A DNA stretch of 64,000 nt from Octopus sinensis (lineage: Eukaryota), in the NCBI RefSeq assembly GCF_006345805.1, contig NC_043010.1, positions 61,752,001-61,816,000 of the forward strand. Reading direction: 5' to 3'. Under the pieces are notes generated by a model. It saw nothing but the letters and a program-made list of their open reading frames with translations, did not search any database and was not told where the DNA came from. Positions 1 through 11,163 of the stretch are shown piece by piece (the first letter of the stretch is position 1; every line of letters begins with the position of its first letter). The position numbers and the translations under genes are program-made.

Positions 1-270
1 GCATGAGAGAGAGAGAGAGATACTTATATATACCAAGAGGAGATTGGGAAAAAAAATTTTGGTGTTATCTATTCACCATTACACATGTTTCATTTGCTAA
101 TAGGAATCACAAAATTGTACATGTAGGAGAAACATGTAAGATATCTCCAAATAGAAATTCTTCAGACAGAAAATCTAATAATACCAAGCATTTTTTCCCA
201 ATTTCCTCTTCCCCAATATTTTCAACTCTTCTGCATTCCTCACACGAATATAACATCCACATACACATAT

Positions 271-447
271 AGGCGCAGGAGTGGCTGTGTGGTAAGTAGC
301 TTGCTTACCAACCACATGGTTCTGGGTTCAGTCCCACTGCATGGTATCTTGGGCAAGTGTCTTCTGCTATAGCCCCGGGCCGACCAATGCCTTGTGAGTG
401 GATTTGGTAGACGGAAACTGAAAGAAGCCTGTCGTATATATGTATAT

Positions 448-494
<47 letters not shown>

Positions 495-712
495 TTATAT
501 GTGTGTGTTTGTGTGTCTGTGTTTGGCCCCCCTAGCATTGCTTGACAACCAATGCTGGTGTGTTTACATCCCCGTCACTTAGCGGTTCGGCAAAAGAGAC
601 CGATAGAATAAGTACTGGGCTTACAAAGAATAAGTCCTGGGGTCGATTTGCTCGACTAAAGGCGGTGCTCCAGCATGGCCGCAGTCAAATGACTGAAACA
701 AGTAAAAGAGTA
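271..712 (+). mobile_element. tRNA-derived SINE, family A (octopus OK/OR-type), full length with internal (TA)n/(TG)n
   Basis: A-box-like TGGCTGTGTGG and B-box-like GGTTCAGTCCC head, 3' end GTAAAAGAGT; more than 15 similar copies in the window. Confidence 0.85.
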
Positions 713-977
713 TACAAGTTTGAAGTACTGGAATGAGCAAACATGCTTTCAGGGGACACAGCTTGGACTCTATCTTCATAATACTTTATTATGTATTAAT
801 TTCTGTGTAAATAGTTGCATATTGTAAGGCTGTGTGTGTAGATGTATATGGTGTGGATGCAGGTGTAGCAGAGTGGTTAAAAAATCAATTTGCACTCAGA
901 TGGCCCGGCAGTGGGTTCAATCCCAGTGCTTGGCATTTTGGTCAAATGTCTTTTACCATATTCTTGCAATTATCCAA

Positions 978-1412
978 GGGCAGTGAGCTGGCAGAAACGT
1001 TAGCACACCAGGCGAAATACTTATCGGTATTTCGTCTGCCGCTACGTTCTGAGTTCAAATTCTGCTGAGGTCGACTTTGCCTTTCATCCTTTTGGGGTTG
1101 ATTAAATAAGTACCAGTTACACACTGGGGTCGATATAATCGACTTAATCCGTTTGTCTGTCCTTGTTTGTCCCCTCTGTGTTTCGCCCCTTGTGGGTAGT
1201 AAAGATATAAGAAACATTAGCACACCGGGTGAAATGCTTAGCAGTATTTTGTCTGACTTTATGTTGTGAGTTCAAATTCCACCGAGGTCGACTTTACCTT
1301 TCATCCTTTCGGTGTTGATAAATTAAGTACCAGTCGCGTACTGGGGTCAATTTAATCAACAGGCACCCCCACCCCCAAAAAATTTCGGGCCATGTGCCCA
1401 GAGTGGAAAAGA
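978..1412 (+). mobile_element. SINE family B, dimeric (long + short unit), with a Meta/MESC-like central domain
   Basis: GAGTTCAAATTC B-box followed by GGTCGACTTTGCCTTTCATCCTTTxGGGGTyGATxAAxTAAGTACCAG, twice; same dimer at 46277-46680. Confidence 0.8.
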
Positions 1413-1559
1413 TTAGATGGATAAAAACAATGAAAGTTTGTCAAATAGACTGTACCTGTCACAACAGACTTGCCACACACTCCATCACTGATTCTGCTTG
1501 AAAATTTCATTTATGACATATATGTGTATGTGGAGTACTCAGCCAGTTATATGCTAATT

Positions 1560-1965
1560 CACTTCTACCCACATTAGCCAGACTCTTCATCTTTCTACCC
1601 ACCTCACTAGACTCTTCATCTCTCTACTCCTCTACTCACCATAGCCAGACAGACTCCTCAACTTTCTACTCACAATAGACCCCTAATTTCTCTACCCAAC
1701 TTAGCTAGACTCCTCCCCGTTTCTCCCCACTTTAGCCAGACTCTTCATCTTTCTACCCACCTCACTAGACTCTTCATCTCTCTACTCCTCTACTCACCAC
1801 AGCCAGACAGACTCCTCAACTTTCTACCCACAATCGACTCCTAATCCCTCTACCCACCTTAACTAGACCCCTAATCTCTCTATCCAACTTAGCCAGACTC
1901 TTATCCCCTTCCCCTCCATCTTAGCTAAGCTTCTCATCTTTACACCCATCTCATTATAACCCCTT
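1560..1965. repeat. Pyrimidine-rich ~29-30 bp minisatellite with a ~159 bp higher-order duplication
   Basis: Units like TCTACCCACxTTAGCCAGACTCTTCATCT; block starting ~1573 recurs at ~1732. Confidence 0.75.
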
Positions 1966-2689
1966 CACTCTTAATTACTTCGACAGTACCCCTATTTTTT
2001 CTAATCACCTCAACTGATGTTACCTCCGTCCTCACATTGCACATTCACCCCCCTCCACCCACCCCCACCCCACCAGACCCCTCCTCATTTATCTCCAAAT
2101 GCAACAAGCCCTCGACAGACAACCGTTGCCCTATTTCATACCACCTAACCAGTTAGTCAAAGAGAGGAGTGGAAGAGCAGAAGACGGATTTGCCTTTGCC
2201 GTTGCATAGCTACAAGTCTTCCAGCTTCTACATTATGGCCCTCAGCCACTCTAATCTCCTCGCTTCCATCACCAGTATTAAGTTACGGACTTGGCACAAC
2301 TTATCTTACATTTCTCTTTTTGTTCTTTTGCGTGTGAGTCTGGCCTGTTGCTGTAAACTCCATCTCTTTGGTTGCTCTTCACTGCACGCTACCAATGCAC
2401 ACTCTGAGCAGTTGCAAAGCACCAGCCAGCTGCATGTCAGACACACCACTTCCTTCTGAACATTCCCTTCCCTTCGTTTTCCTCTTCTTCTTCCTCCTCT
2501 TCATCATCATTCTATTCATTATCATTGATTTAATGAGAATCAGACCTGCAGAACAGCTGAACTTTTTCTCCCCCACCCCCCCAGCTCTTTATTCTCATCA
2601 CTTCATCCATCTTACTTGAGTCGTCCTGCCATAACCAGCCTGCAAGGGTCACTCAACACCATTTGTCTTTTCCTTATGGAATTATGGGG

Positions 2690-3300
2690 TCGGCCTTGCC
2701 TTCTGTCCTTACAGGGTCAATAAAATAAAGTACCATTTAAGCACTGACGTCGAAGACATTGGTTTCAAACTTTGGCGCAGGGCCAAAAATTTGAGGGGAG
2801 GGGCGAGTTAATTACATCAACCCCAGTGATCAACTGGTACTTATTTTATCAACCCCAAATGGATGAAAGGCAGAATGTAAAGACAGACGAAATACCACTA
2901 AGCATTTTGCCCAGTGGGCTAACAATTTGGCCAACTGACCACCTTAACTGAAGTCAAAGAATTGACAAATCCCCTTAAAAAGTTTCTGGTCTTGTGCCTA
3001 AATCAGCACCAATTGGTAAGAGCAGTACTGAGTTCAAATCCTGCTGGGGTTTACTTTGCTATTCATCCTTTCAGGGTCGATAAACTAAGTACCAGTTGTG
3101 CACTGGTGTCAGTGTAATCAACTTATCCCCTACCCTTAATATTGCTAACCTTGTGCCAAAATGAGTAAGAATTATTAAGGGCAATTGACCAGCAGAATCC
3201 TTATTAAAAATACCTTGCTGTATTTCTTACGTTCTTGGTTCAAATCCTACTAAAGTCAACAGGGCATTTCATTGACTTTCGGGCCTTGTGCCTATGCTAC
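2690..3300. mobile_element. Cluster of degenerate SINE family B fragments in both orientations
   Basis: Repeated partial CCTTTCAGGGTCGATAAACTAAGTACCAG and its reverse complement. Confidence 0.6.
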
Positions 3301-3704
3301 AAATGATAATTCTTGTTATTGAATTGGTAGGATCTTTAGACCAGGGATTCTTAACTGAGGTCCTTATAACTCTTGGGTGGGGGTCAATATAAGATTGTGA
3401 TGTTAAAATTTATGCACATTAACTTGGTTGTGTTTCTACAAATCACAAAATATTTTCACCATTTTTCATACAATTCCTAAGTATATTTAATCATAGATAT
3501 ACAATTAATTTTTTTTTAAACATCGTTAGCACACCAGGTAAAATGCTTAGCAGCATTTCATCCACTGGGGTTGACTTTACTTTTCATCCTTTTGGGGTCA
3601 ATGAAATAATACCAATCAAATACTGGGATCAATATAATCCACTTATTCCCTCCCCCAAAATTCAAAGCCTTGTGCCTATAATAGAAAGGATTATTATTAT
3701 TATT

Positions 3705-3960
3705 GTGGAGGTGCGTGGCTTAGTGGTTAGGGTGTTGAACTCATGATCGTAAAGTTGTGGGTTCGATTCCTGGACTGGGCGATGCGTTGTGTTCTTGAGC
3801 AAAACACTTCATTTTCACGTTGCTCCAGTCCACTCAGCTGGCAAAAGTGAGTAAATGTGCGACAGACTGGTGTCCCATCCAGGTGGGGAATTTCTATGCC
3901 ACTGAAACCGGGAAGCTGGCCCTTTTGAGCCTGGCATGGCTCAAGAAGGAACATTTATTT
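3705..3960 (+). mobile_element. tRNA-derived SINE, family D, with a V-domain-like segment
   Basis: TGGCTTAGTGG / GGTTCGATTCC boxes; GCGACAGACTGGTGTCCCATCCAGG resembles the V-SINE domain; second copy at 18261. Confidence 0.75.
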
Positions 3961-4009
3961 TTGATTTTATTATTATTATTATTCGAAATCGATCAACATC
4001 AATGGAAAT

Positions 4010-4286
4010 TGCAGCTGTGATACCAGTGCCGGTGGCACATAAGAGAACCATCCGATCGTGGCCGTTTGCCAGCCTTGTCTGGTACCTGTGCCGGTGGCAC
4101 GTAAAAAGCACCCACTACACTCACGGAGTGGTTGGCGTTAGGAAGGGCATCCAGCTGTAGAAACACTGCCAGATCAGACTGGGCCTGGTGCAGCCTTCTG
4201 GCTTCCCAGACCCTAGTTGAACCGTCCAACCCATGCTAGCATGGAAAGTAGACGCTAAACGATGATGATGATGATGATGATGATGA
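4010..4286 (+). mobile_element. RTE-clade LINE 3' UTR fragment with (GAT)n tail
   Basis: CCGTCCAACCCATGCTAGCATGGAAAG...AAACGATGATGAT end; linked to an RTE-like ORF end in the 9868-10200 copy. Confidence 0.75.
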
Positions 4287-4469
4287 TTAAAGCAGTGAGC
4301 TGGCACAATCATTAGTGCATTGGACTAAATCCTTAGCAGCATATCTTCTGGCTCCTTATATTCTGAGTTCAAATCTCACTGCAGTCTGTTTTGCCTTTCA
4401 TCCTTTTTTTTTTTTTTCGTGAAAGGTTTGGAGAAAGGTCCAATGATAAAATAAAATATTAAACAAGTA

Positions 4470-5438
4470 CAGTAGTACCTCACTTCACGAGGAGCTGCTT
4501 TAGGAGACCCCAGGTTTATGAGTTTTATTTGTCAGCTCGCTTTTGTATAGTGAGCTGAAATTTTTCAAGCCCAAGATCCAAATTTTGAACAAAGTGCAAA
4601 AGTTTCTTCTATCATCACAAATGCTTCTGTGCGTTACTGAGAAATTTATAAGGAGTGGAAAGCTTCTTCTAAGTAAACATCTCTAGACTTGCTTTCTAAA
4701 AAGAGATCCACAAGTCTGTCTATGAGTGCTTGTGAATCAATGATTGCATCTACAAGTGACGGTGTACACAAGCCTAGTGTGAGTGAAGGCGATTCAGAAA
4801 ACAATTATAATAATAATATTTCTTTTTATAAGTGATCTCAACATTCTTTTTATTTTACATAAAATATTCCTTACATTCTACTGCTGTTTTATTGCCATTA
4901 TACATATTCATAGGCACAGGAGTGGCTGTGTGGTAAGTAGTTTACTTACCAACCACATGGTTCCGGATTCAGTCCCACTGTGTGGCACCTTGGGCAAATG
5001 TCTTCTACTATAGCCTCAGGCCGACCAAAGCTTTGTGAGTGGATTTGGTAGATGGAAACTGAAAGAAGCCTGTCGTATATATATATATGTGTGTGTGTGT
5101 CCTCAGCATCGCTTGACAACCAATGCTGGCGTGTTTACGTCCCTATAACTTAGCGGTTCGGCAAAAGAGAATGATAGAATAAGTACTAGGTTTACAAAGA
5201 ATAAGTTGTGTGGTCGATTTGCTCGACTAAAGGCGGTGCTCCAGCATGGCCGCAGTCAAATGACTGAAACAAGTAAAAGGGTAAAAGAGTAAAAGAATAT
5301 TATAGGTAAAATATTTTTCTAGGAACGAATTACGTTTTATAACATTGCTACTCAAGGAAATTATTGCTCTGCTTTACAAGTTTTCACTTTATGAGCAGTC
5401 TCTGGGAACAGATTAACTTGTATATCAAGGCATTATTG
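4470..5438 (+). mobile_element. Non-autonomous Tigger/pogo-like DNA transposon relic, interrupted by a SINE
   Basis: TA|CAGTAGTACCTC left end and AAGGCATTATTG|TA right end; decayed Y.EIYKE...TSLD Tigger C-terminal motif near 4620-4700. Confidence 0.55.
4912..5297 (+). mobile_element. SINE family A
   Basis: Near-identical to 271-712. Confidence 0.85.
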
Positions 5439-5499
5439 TACTGGGGTTCATGCAATCATCTTGCTCAAAATTGCTGGTCTTGTGTCAAAATTAGAATGA

Positions 5500-5540
<41 letters not shown>

Positions 5541-5541
<1 letters not shown>

Positions 5542-5639
5542 GACAGTACATATTGTAAAGTTGGAACAATACAGAGAAGATTAGCATGGCCCCTGCGCAA
5601 GGATGACATGCAAATTCGTGAAGCGTTTCATATTTTTTT
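5541..5639 (+). pseudogene. RNU6: U6 snRNA retrocopy, lacking about the first 11 nt
   Basis: Matches the conserved U6 sequence: ACAGAGA box at 5571-5577, AGATTAGCATGGCCCCTGCGCAAGGATGAC, CAAATTCGTGAAGCGTT, terminal T-run; CpG-decay changes, broken 5' stem-loop and an (ATT)n tract in place of a promoter. Confidence 0.93.
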
Positions 5640-5931
5640 GAGCAAGTTAGTTGCCAGTGCCACTGGACTGGCTCCTGTGCAGGTGGCACATAAAAAACAC
5701 CATCTGAGTGTGGCCGTTGCCAGTACTGCCTGACTGACCCTCGTGCCGGTGGCATGTAAAAGCACCGACTACACTTGCGGAGTGTTTGGCGTTAGGAAGG
5801 GCATCAAGCTGTAGAAACTCTGCCAGATCAGATTGGAGCCTGGTGCAGCCATCTGGTTCGCCAGACCTCAGTCAAATCGTCCAAACCATGCTAGCAGGGA
5901 AAGCGGATGTTAAACAATGATGATGATGATG
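5640..5931 (+). mobile_element. RTE LINE 3' end fused directly to the U6 T-tail
   Basis: Same family as 4010-4286 and 20359-20604; ends in (GAT)n. Confidence 0.85.
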
Positions 5932-6171
5932 AGTGAGAAAGCAGCACATGCCATCAGTGATACTGGAGTACAAATATAGAAACCTCAATATAGCCATCAT
6001 GACCACCCATCTGGCAAGCGTACATCAGGTACATGAACCATAATCATATGTGCATGACATGGTGACCTCATATCAAGATAAGCAGCACATGACCTTGCTG
6101 GTGGGGCCTAGTTAGGAGTTTTATCAGGCTGAGTAGCCAATCCTGCCCAAAAGGCCCCTGAGTGAGGTTGC

Positions 6172-6539
6172 TTGGGTTTGTTTCGACCCTTTAGAATTGG
6201 AATTTTTGAAAAGTAAAAATTTTGCATTATGTAGCTTGTTATTCCCTTTAAGGGAACATTTTTCTGGTTGAAATACACCGAAAAATGGCGACACAGCAGT
6301 CAAAGAATCGTAAAAAAATAGGGATTTTCATAGAAAAAAAGCATGTTTTTGATGTAAATAACTTTTGGTGTTAACCTGGTCTGATTTGAATTTTTTCTTC
6401 TACGGAAGGAAGAGCAAGCCTTCTATCATACTGTCGATTTTGGTCAACTCGCGCCGCAGGGTCTCTGAGGAGATAGTGTTAGTTGAAGGCTACCAAACCT
6501 GCCATACACAGACAACTTCAGCTTTCTATATAGAGAGAT
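6172..6539 (-). mobile_element. Probable non-autonomous Helitron-like element, 5' part
   Basis: Minus strand begins ATCTCTCTATATAGAAAGCTGAAGTTGTCTGTGT, a TC(TA)n-type start; no diagnostic 3' hairpin found. Confidence 0.4.
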
Positions 6540-7092
6540 TTTCATCGTCATTTTTATTGTTTTAATATCCACTTTTCCATGTTAGCATGGGTCAGGCAGA
6601 ATTTGTTGAGGCAGATTTTCTATGACCAGCTGCCCTTCCTGCTACCATTAGAATAAAACATTCTTGGTTTTTGAAAAGGGTTTATTTTTTACAACTATAT
6701 GAACCTGGTGAAGAAACATTCAGCTACATGTATATGTCACTGAGTGCATTTCCAGTCTGAGCTATTTATATATTTTCTGTCACACCTGGTGAGCTGTAAT
6801 ATCATTTGGTTACATGTTTCCAATGTACCAATGGTTGATTCATGGAATTTCCAACTGCAAAATTGTATAACTCGTTACTGAACAAATATAACAAAGGACT
6901 TTGTTCAAATGGTTACCAGTTCTTGAATTTTTAATACCAATATTTACATCCTTCCCCACCAGCTCCAATAAATATATACATAATTTACATTATTTACATT
7001 GGACGGATATTTGTCCTCATTTTGTTTGTTAACACGTTTCAGCTGATATACTCTGCAGCCTTCATCAGGTGTCTTGGGGAAATTTCGAACCA

Positions 7093-7165
7093 GGTATATG
7101 GAATAAGTGGTTAACAGCACGGGCTACTAACCCCAAGATTCCGAGTTCGATTCCAGACAGTGACA
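7093..7165 (+). promoter_or_regulatory. tRNA-like Pol III head of the H1 element
   Basis: TGGAATAAGTGG A-box-like, GGG-CTACTAA-CCC anticodon-like arm, GAGTTCGATTCC B-box; 3' part recurs at 13489-13518. Confidence 0.65.
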
Positions 7166-7187
7166 TGAATAATAATAATAATAATAA

Positions 7188-7447
7188 TTACGGAGATGTA
7201 CTCGCATAGCAAGTGATTTGATCTGAGATCGTGTGCTGGAACGAAAACAATTGCAGAGTGGAAGGTGTTTGTAAGCCATTTAAGAAACACGCAAAAATCC
7301 GTGCTGCAGCACGGATTTTTGTCAGTGAACAGGTCACGGTCTTAAAGCGACGAAAATATTTTGACAAATGAAACTTAAATGTTGAAGTGAATTGAACAGC
7401 TTTTGTGTGTTTCTTAAATGGCTTACAAACACCTTCCACGCTGCAAT
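7188..7447. mobile_element. Nested Penelope-type inverted terminal fragment inside the H1 (AAT)n tract
   Basis: 7252-7296 is inverted to 7400-7445; perfect 30-bp palindrome at 7292-7321 marks the inversion junction. Confidence 0.7.
7318..7368 (+). ncRNA. Type I minimal hammerhead ribozyme motif with G3-C8 core swap
   Basis: Stem I TTTGTCA/TGACAAA; core GTGAACA; stem II GTCAC/GCGAC; GAAA; palindromic stem III AATATT; UUU triplet. Confidence 0.65.
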
Positions 7448-7507
7448 AATAATAATAACATCAGAAAATACCTTAGGAATGAGAACCCATGTTCAAAATT
7501 TCCCCAA

Positions 7508-7553
7508 AACACCTGATGAAGGCTGGAGGATATATCAGCTGAAATGTTGTGTT
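7508..7553 (+). ncRNA. Type I minimal hammerhead motif (H1), CpG-decayed
   Basis: AACAC-CTGATGA-A-GGCTG..CAGCT-GAAAT-GTT-GTGTT. Confidence 0.75.
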
Positions 7554-7849
7554 AACAACAAACAAGATGAGGACAAATATCCATCAAATGTAAATAATGT
7601 AAATAATTCCTCATCTCTTAAATATAGAACTGAAATATAAACATACATACACACACATGCATAGATAGAGATTGATTGATTGATTACACAGTGCCTTAGG
7701 CATGTGTCTTCTACTATGAAAGGACCAGGCTGACCAATGTCTTATGAGTGAATTTGGTGGACGGAAATTGCATTAACTCCAATATAATATATGTGTGTAT
7801 GTATATTTATATGTGTATGTATATATATATACATGTGTGTGTGTGTATA

Positions 7850-8072
7850 GAGGGGGTGCTGAAAAGCTCCTGACATTGTGGGTGGTGGGTAAAAATACAG
7901 GTGGATCAGTTAATCATGATTTTATTCAACATATCTTTCTCTCTGGTTCACATACGTATTGCAACGGTCCTTCAGAATTTTTTAAGCCCTGTAAAAGAAC
8001 TCGGAAGTTTGGGCCTCCAACCAGATCCTGTTTGCAATCCCCTTAAAGCCAGGAACTCTTCAGCACTCCTTC
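7850..8072. mobile_element. Tc1/mariner-type MITE
   Basis: TIRs GAGGGGGTGCTGAAAAGCTCCTG / CAGGAACTCTTCAGCACTCCTTC in TA context. Confidence 0.7.
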
Positions 8073-8074
8073 AT

Positions 8075-8305
8075 GTACATGTCTGTCAAAAGACCTACCA
8101 GTCACATGGAGGATTTAAGCAGCACCTGAACATTCCTAATAAACAGGTGAAACATGGAGCCAATACTGAAATGACAGTATTGAAAGGTGGGTCAGCTTTT
8201 CGAACCCTTTCAGGGCCCAGAAGTCATTTAAGATCTCATGCTAGGAAAGAGCAATCATGGTCACAAAAAGAGGTCAAGTGTTGCAAAAAAACAGGTCACC
8301 ACCAT
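8075..8305 (+). mobile_element. Degenerate LINE (RTE-like) C-terminal zinc-finger remnant
   Basis: HVCQKTYQSHGGFKQHL and FRTLSGPRSHLRSH peptides in ORF 7901-8341. Confidence 0.4.
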
Positions 8306-8340
8306 ATGTATGTGTGTGTATATGTATGCATGTGTGTGTA

Positions 8341-8730
8341 GTGGAGGCGCAATGGCCCAGTGGTTAGGGCAGCGGACTCGCGGTCATAGGATCGCGGTTT
8401 CGATTCCCAGACCGGGCATTGTGAGTGTTTATTGAGCGAAAACACCTAAAAGCTCCACGAGGCTCCGGCAGGGGATGGTGGTGATCCCTGCTGTGCTCTT
8501 TCACCACAACTTTCTCTCACTCTTACTTCCTGTTTCTGTTGTACCTGTATTTCAAAGGGCCGGCCTTGTCACACTCTGTGTCACGCTGAATATCCCCGAG
8601 AACTACGTTAAGGGTACACGTGTCTGTGGAGTGCTCAGCCACTTACACGTTAATTTCATGAGCAGGCTGTTCCGTTGATTCGGATCAACCGGAACCCTCG
8701 TCGTCGTAACCGACGGAGTGCTTCCATCCA
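8341..8730 (+). mobile_element. tRNA-derived SINE, family C (octopus OR-type), tail type 1
   Basis: TGGCCCAGTGG / GGTTTCGATTCC boxes; TSD-like CATGTrTGTGTA on both sides. Confidence 0.8.
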
Positions 8731-9294
8731 TGTATGTGTATGTAGGCGTGTGTGTGTGTATAAATGTAGAAGACACTTGCTCAAAGTGTTGCACAATGGC
8801 ATTGAACTTGAGATCACATGGTTGGAATGTGAACTTCTTAACCACAGTCAGACACACACGCATGTATATATAATGGGCTTCGACACAGTCTCCACCTACA
8901 AAACTCCAATCGCATGACTGTGGAAGAAGTGACTTGCCCTAGGTACTGTTTAGTTGAATTGGGCCTTGTGATAAATAGATCCTGTATAAGGTCTGCTTAT
9001 TTTTTTTTACTTCCAGCTGATATATTGACTGTTAGCTTGAGCGATGCTCTTCACTCTACTTTTACAACATGGCATTTTCCCAAATATCCTGTCTGTTTCT
9101 TGACGTTTATTGATCTCTCTCTCTCTCGCTTCTGACATCTTGCTCCACCTTCAATATTTCACACCGTTTAATCTTAACTCTTAATCAGATATTTCACTCC
9201 AATTCCCATTGCATGTAATAATCTCAAGGAGGAGGAGGAGGAGGAGCTGGTGGTGGTGGTGGTGGTGGTGGTGGAGTTCTTGTTTACTTTTATC

Positions 9295-9678
9295 TTCTAT
9301 CTTTTACTTGTTTCAGTCATTACCCTGTGGCCATGCTGGGGCACCACCCTGAGGAATTTTCATTGAATGAATCAACCTCATTACTATATCTTTTTTTTTT
9401 TAAGTCTGGTAGTTATTCTATCAGTCTCTTTTGCCAAACTGCTAAGTTACAGGAATGTAAGCACATCAACACTGGTTGTCAAGCACTGAGTGGAACAGAC
9501 ACACACACACACACACATACAAAGGGCTTCTTTCAGTTTCTATCTACCGAATCCTTTCACAAGGCTTTGGTTAACCTGAGGCTATCATAGCAGAGGACAC
9601 TTGCCTGAGGTGCCACACAGTGAGACCGAACCTGGAACCACGTGGTTGGGAAGCAAACTTCTTGCCACACAGCCACAT
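9295..9678 (-). mobile_element. SINE family A, older copy
   Basis: Reverse complement similar to 271-712. Confidence 0.75.
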
Positions 9679-9867
9679 CTGTTGTTTATAAACTTAACTA
9701 AATGTGGATCAGACTGGATGCAGACCTTCTCTTCCAGCTTCTCTGCCTTAATATCCAAACATGTGATTTCTAGACAACACCAAATCACTTCTCGATCTGG
9801 AGATGTACACCTTTGTAGGAATCGGACAAATCTTTGTTGGTAATTTTCTTTTGTTCTTGAATTTGTA

Positions 9868-10200
9868 TTGACCATCGAGCGTTGGGTCTCACAGAGGCAG
9901 TGTCTGGTGACCCCAACTTTTGGCTATATACCGTGCTTGAGAAGACCTGTCAAGCCAAGTGAGATCGTAGTTGTGGCCAATGCCAGTGTGACATCAATGG
10001 CACCTGTGCTGGTGGCATGTAAAAAGCACCCACTACACTCTCAGAGTGGTTGGCATTAAGAAGGGCATCCAAATGTAGAAACCTTGCCAGATCAGATTGG
10101 AACCTGGTGCATTTCTCCGGCTTTCCAGTTTTCAGTCAAACCATCCAACCCTTGCCAGCATGGAAAGTGGGTGTTAAATGATGATGATGATGATGATGAT
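9868..10200 (+). mobile_element. RTE LINE 3' end including the ORF C-terminus
   Basis: Translates DHRALGLTEAVSGDPNFWLYTVLEKTCQAK* (stop 9960-9962), like the RTE GL.E..A.DR..WR end, followed by the (GAT)n-tailed UTR. Confidence 0.7.
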
Positions 10201-10726
10201 CACAGCCATGACCCCGCTGGAGGACTGCCAACATATGTTGTACACTTCACTGCTTAGTTTATTAGCATTCTGTAAGTTACAACAATCAATGATCCAGTCA
10301 GTGAAACAGCTGACTTGTGAAATTAACATGCAAGTGTCTGAGCACTCCACAGACATGCCTACCCTTAATGTAGATCTAAAGAAGATTGCAACAATACCAG
10401 CCTTTGGAAGAATTACAGGTACAATACATTTTTGCCAGCTGAGTGGACTAAGCCAACAAGAAATAAAGTGTCCTGCTCAAGGACCCACCCTGCCACCCGG
10501 AATCAAACTCAGGACCTTACACTCATCAACCAAGTATCCTAACTACTAAGTCACACCTTTTCACTATGATATTTAATGGCATACAAGGCACCCTTTTTTT
10601 TTCCCCAAAAAAATACCTCAGAAATTCTCCCAGGATCTTATGTGCAATGTCGGGCCCATATTTCATGTTTTTAGACATTAAAAACTTTTTTCTTGATTGT
10701 GATGCTGTGAATGAGGTGTAAGCCTG

Positions 10727-11163
10727 AACCCTTAAAAGCATTCAGATTATTTTGTCAAATGTAATCCTTATTTATCCACACTGTTTTGACTTAATCACGG
10801 ATTATCTCATAGCTTTGAGATTTTGATGATATGATTATATCATTCGTAACAAAACACTGGTGCTGGGGCCTCATAAAAAGCCCCCAGTACACTCTGTAAA
10901 GTGGTTGATGTTAGGAAGGGCATCCAGCTGTAGAAACCATGTCAACACAGACTATGGAGTTTGGTGCGGTTCTTGGCCTTGCCAGCTTCTTTCAAACCAC
11001 CCAACCCGTTCCAGCTTGGGAAACATGTTGAATGGTGATGATGATTGTTCGTTTTTAGAATGACATTGTAGGGTAGGTGTGAGAGGCTGGATCTGACAAG
11101 TTTGAGCTTAAAATAAGTAGAATATTTGGGCTGGATGTAGTCAGTTTAAACGCTAAACGGTTA
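10727..11163. mobile_element. TTAA-CCC...GGG-TTAA (piggyBac-type) MITE family 2, interrupted by an RTE 3' fragment (~10855-11045)
   Basis: Homologous to 13891-14118; ends AACCCTT..AGCATTCAG and CGCTAAACGGTTA. Confidence 0.55.

Larger units (their letters stand above)
6983..7632 (+). mobile_element. Hammerhead-bearing, tRNA-headed short retroelement (family H1) with an inverted partial copy at its 5' end
   Basis: 6983-7092 is the reverse complement of part of 7460-7632; 13-bp TSD AAATATAwACATA at 6970-6982 and 7633-7645. Confidence 0.8.

Noticed and set aside
5541-5639. Functional U6 snRNA gene
   Set aside because: The 5' stem-loop is truncated, several substitutions are present, the upstream region is an (ATT)n SINE tail with no PSE/TATA, and it is fused to a LINE end.
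7093-7165. Genuine tRNA gene (also the heads at 3705, 8341, 16264, 18261)
   Set aside because: Acceptor and D stems are imperfect and each continues into a SINE body.
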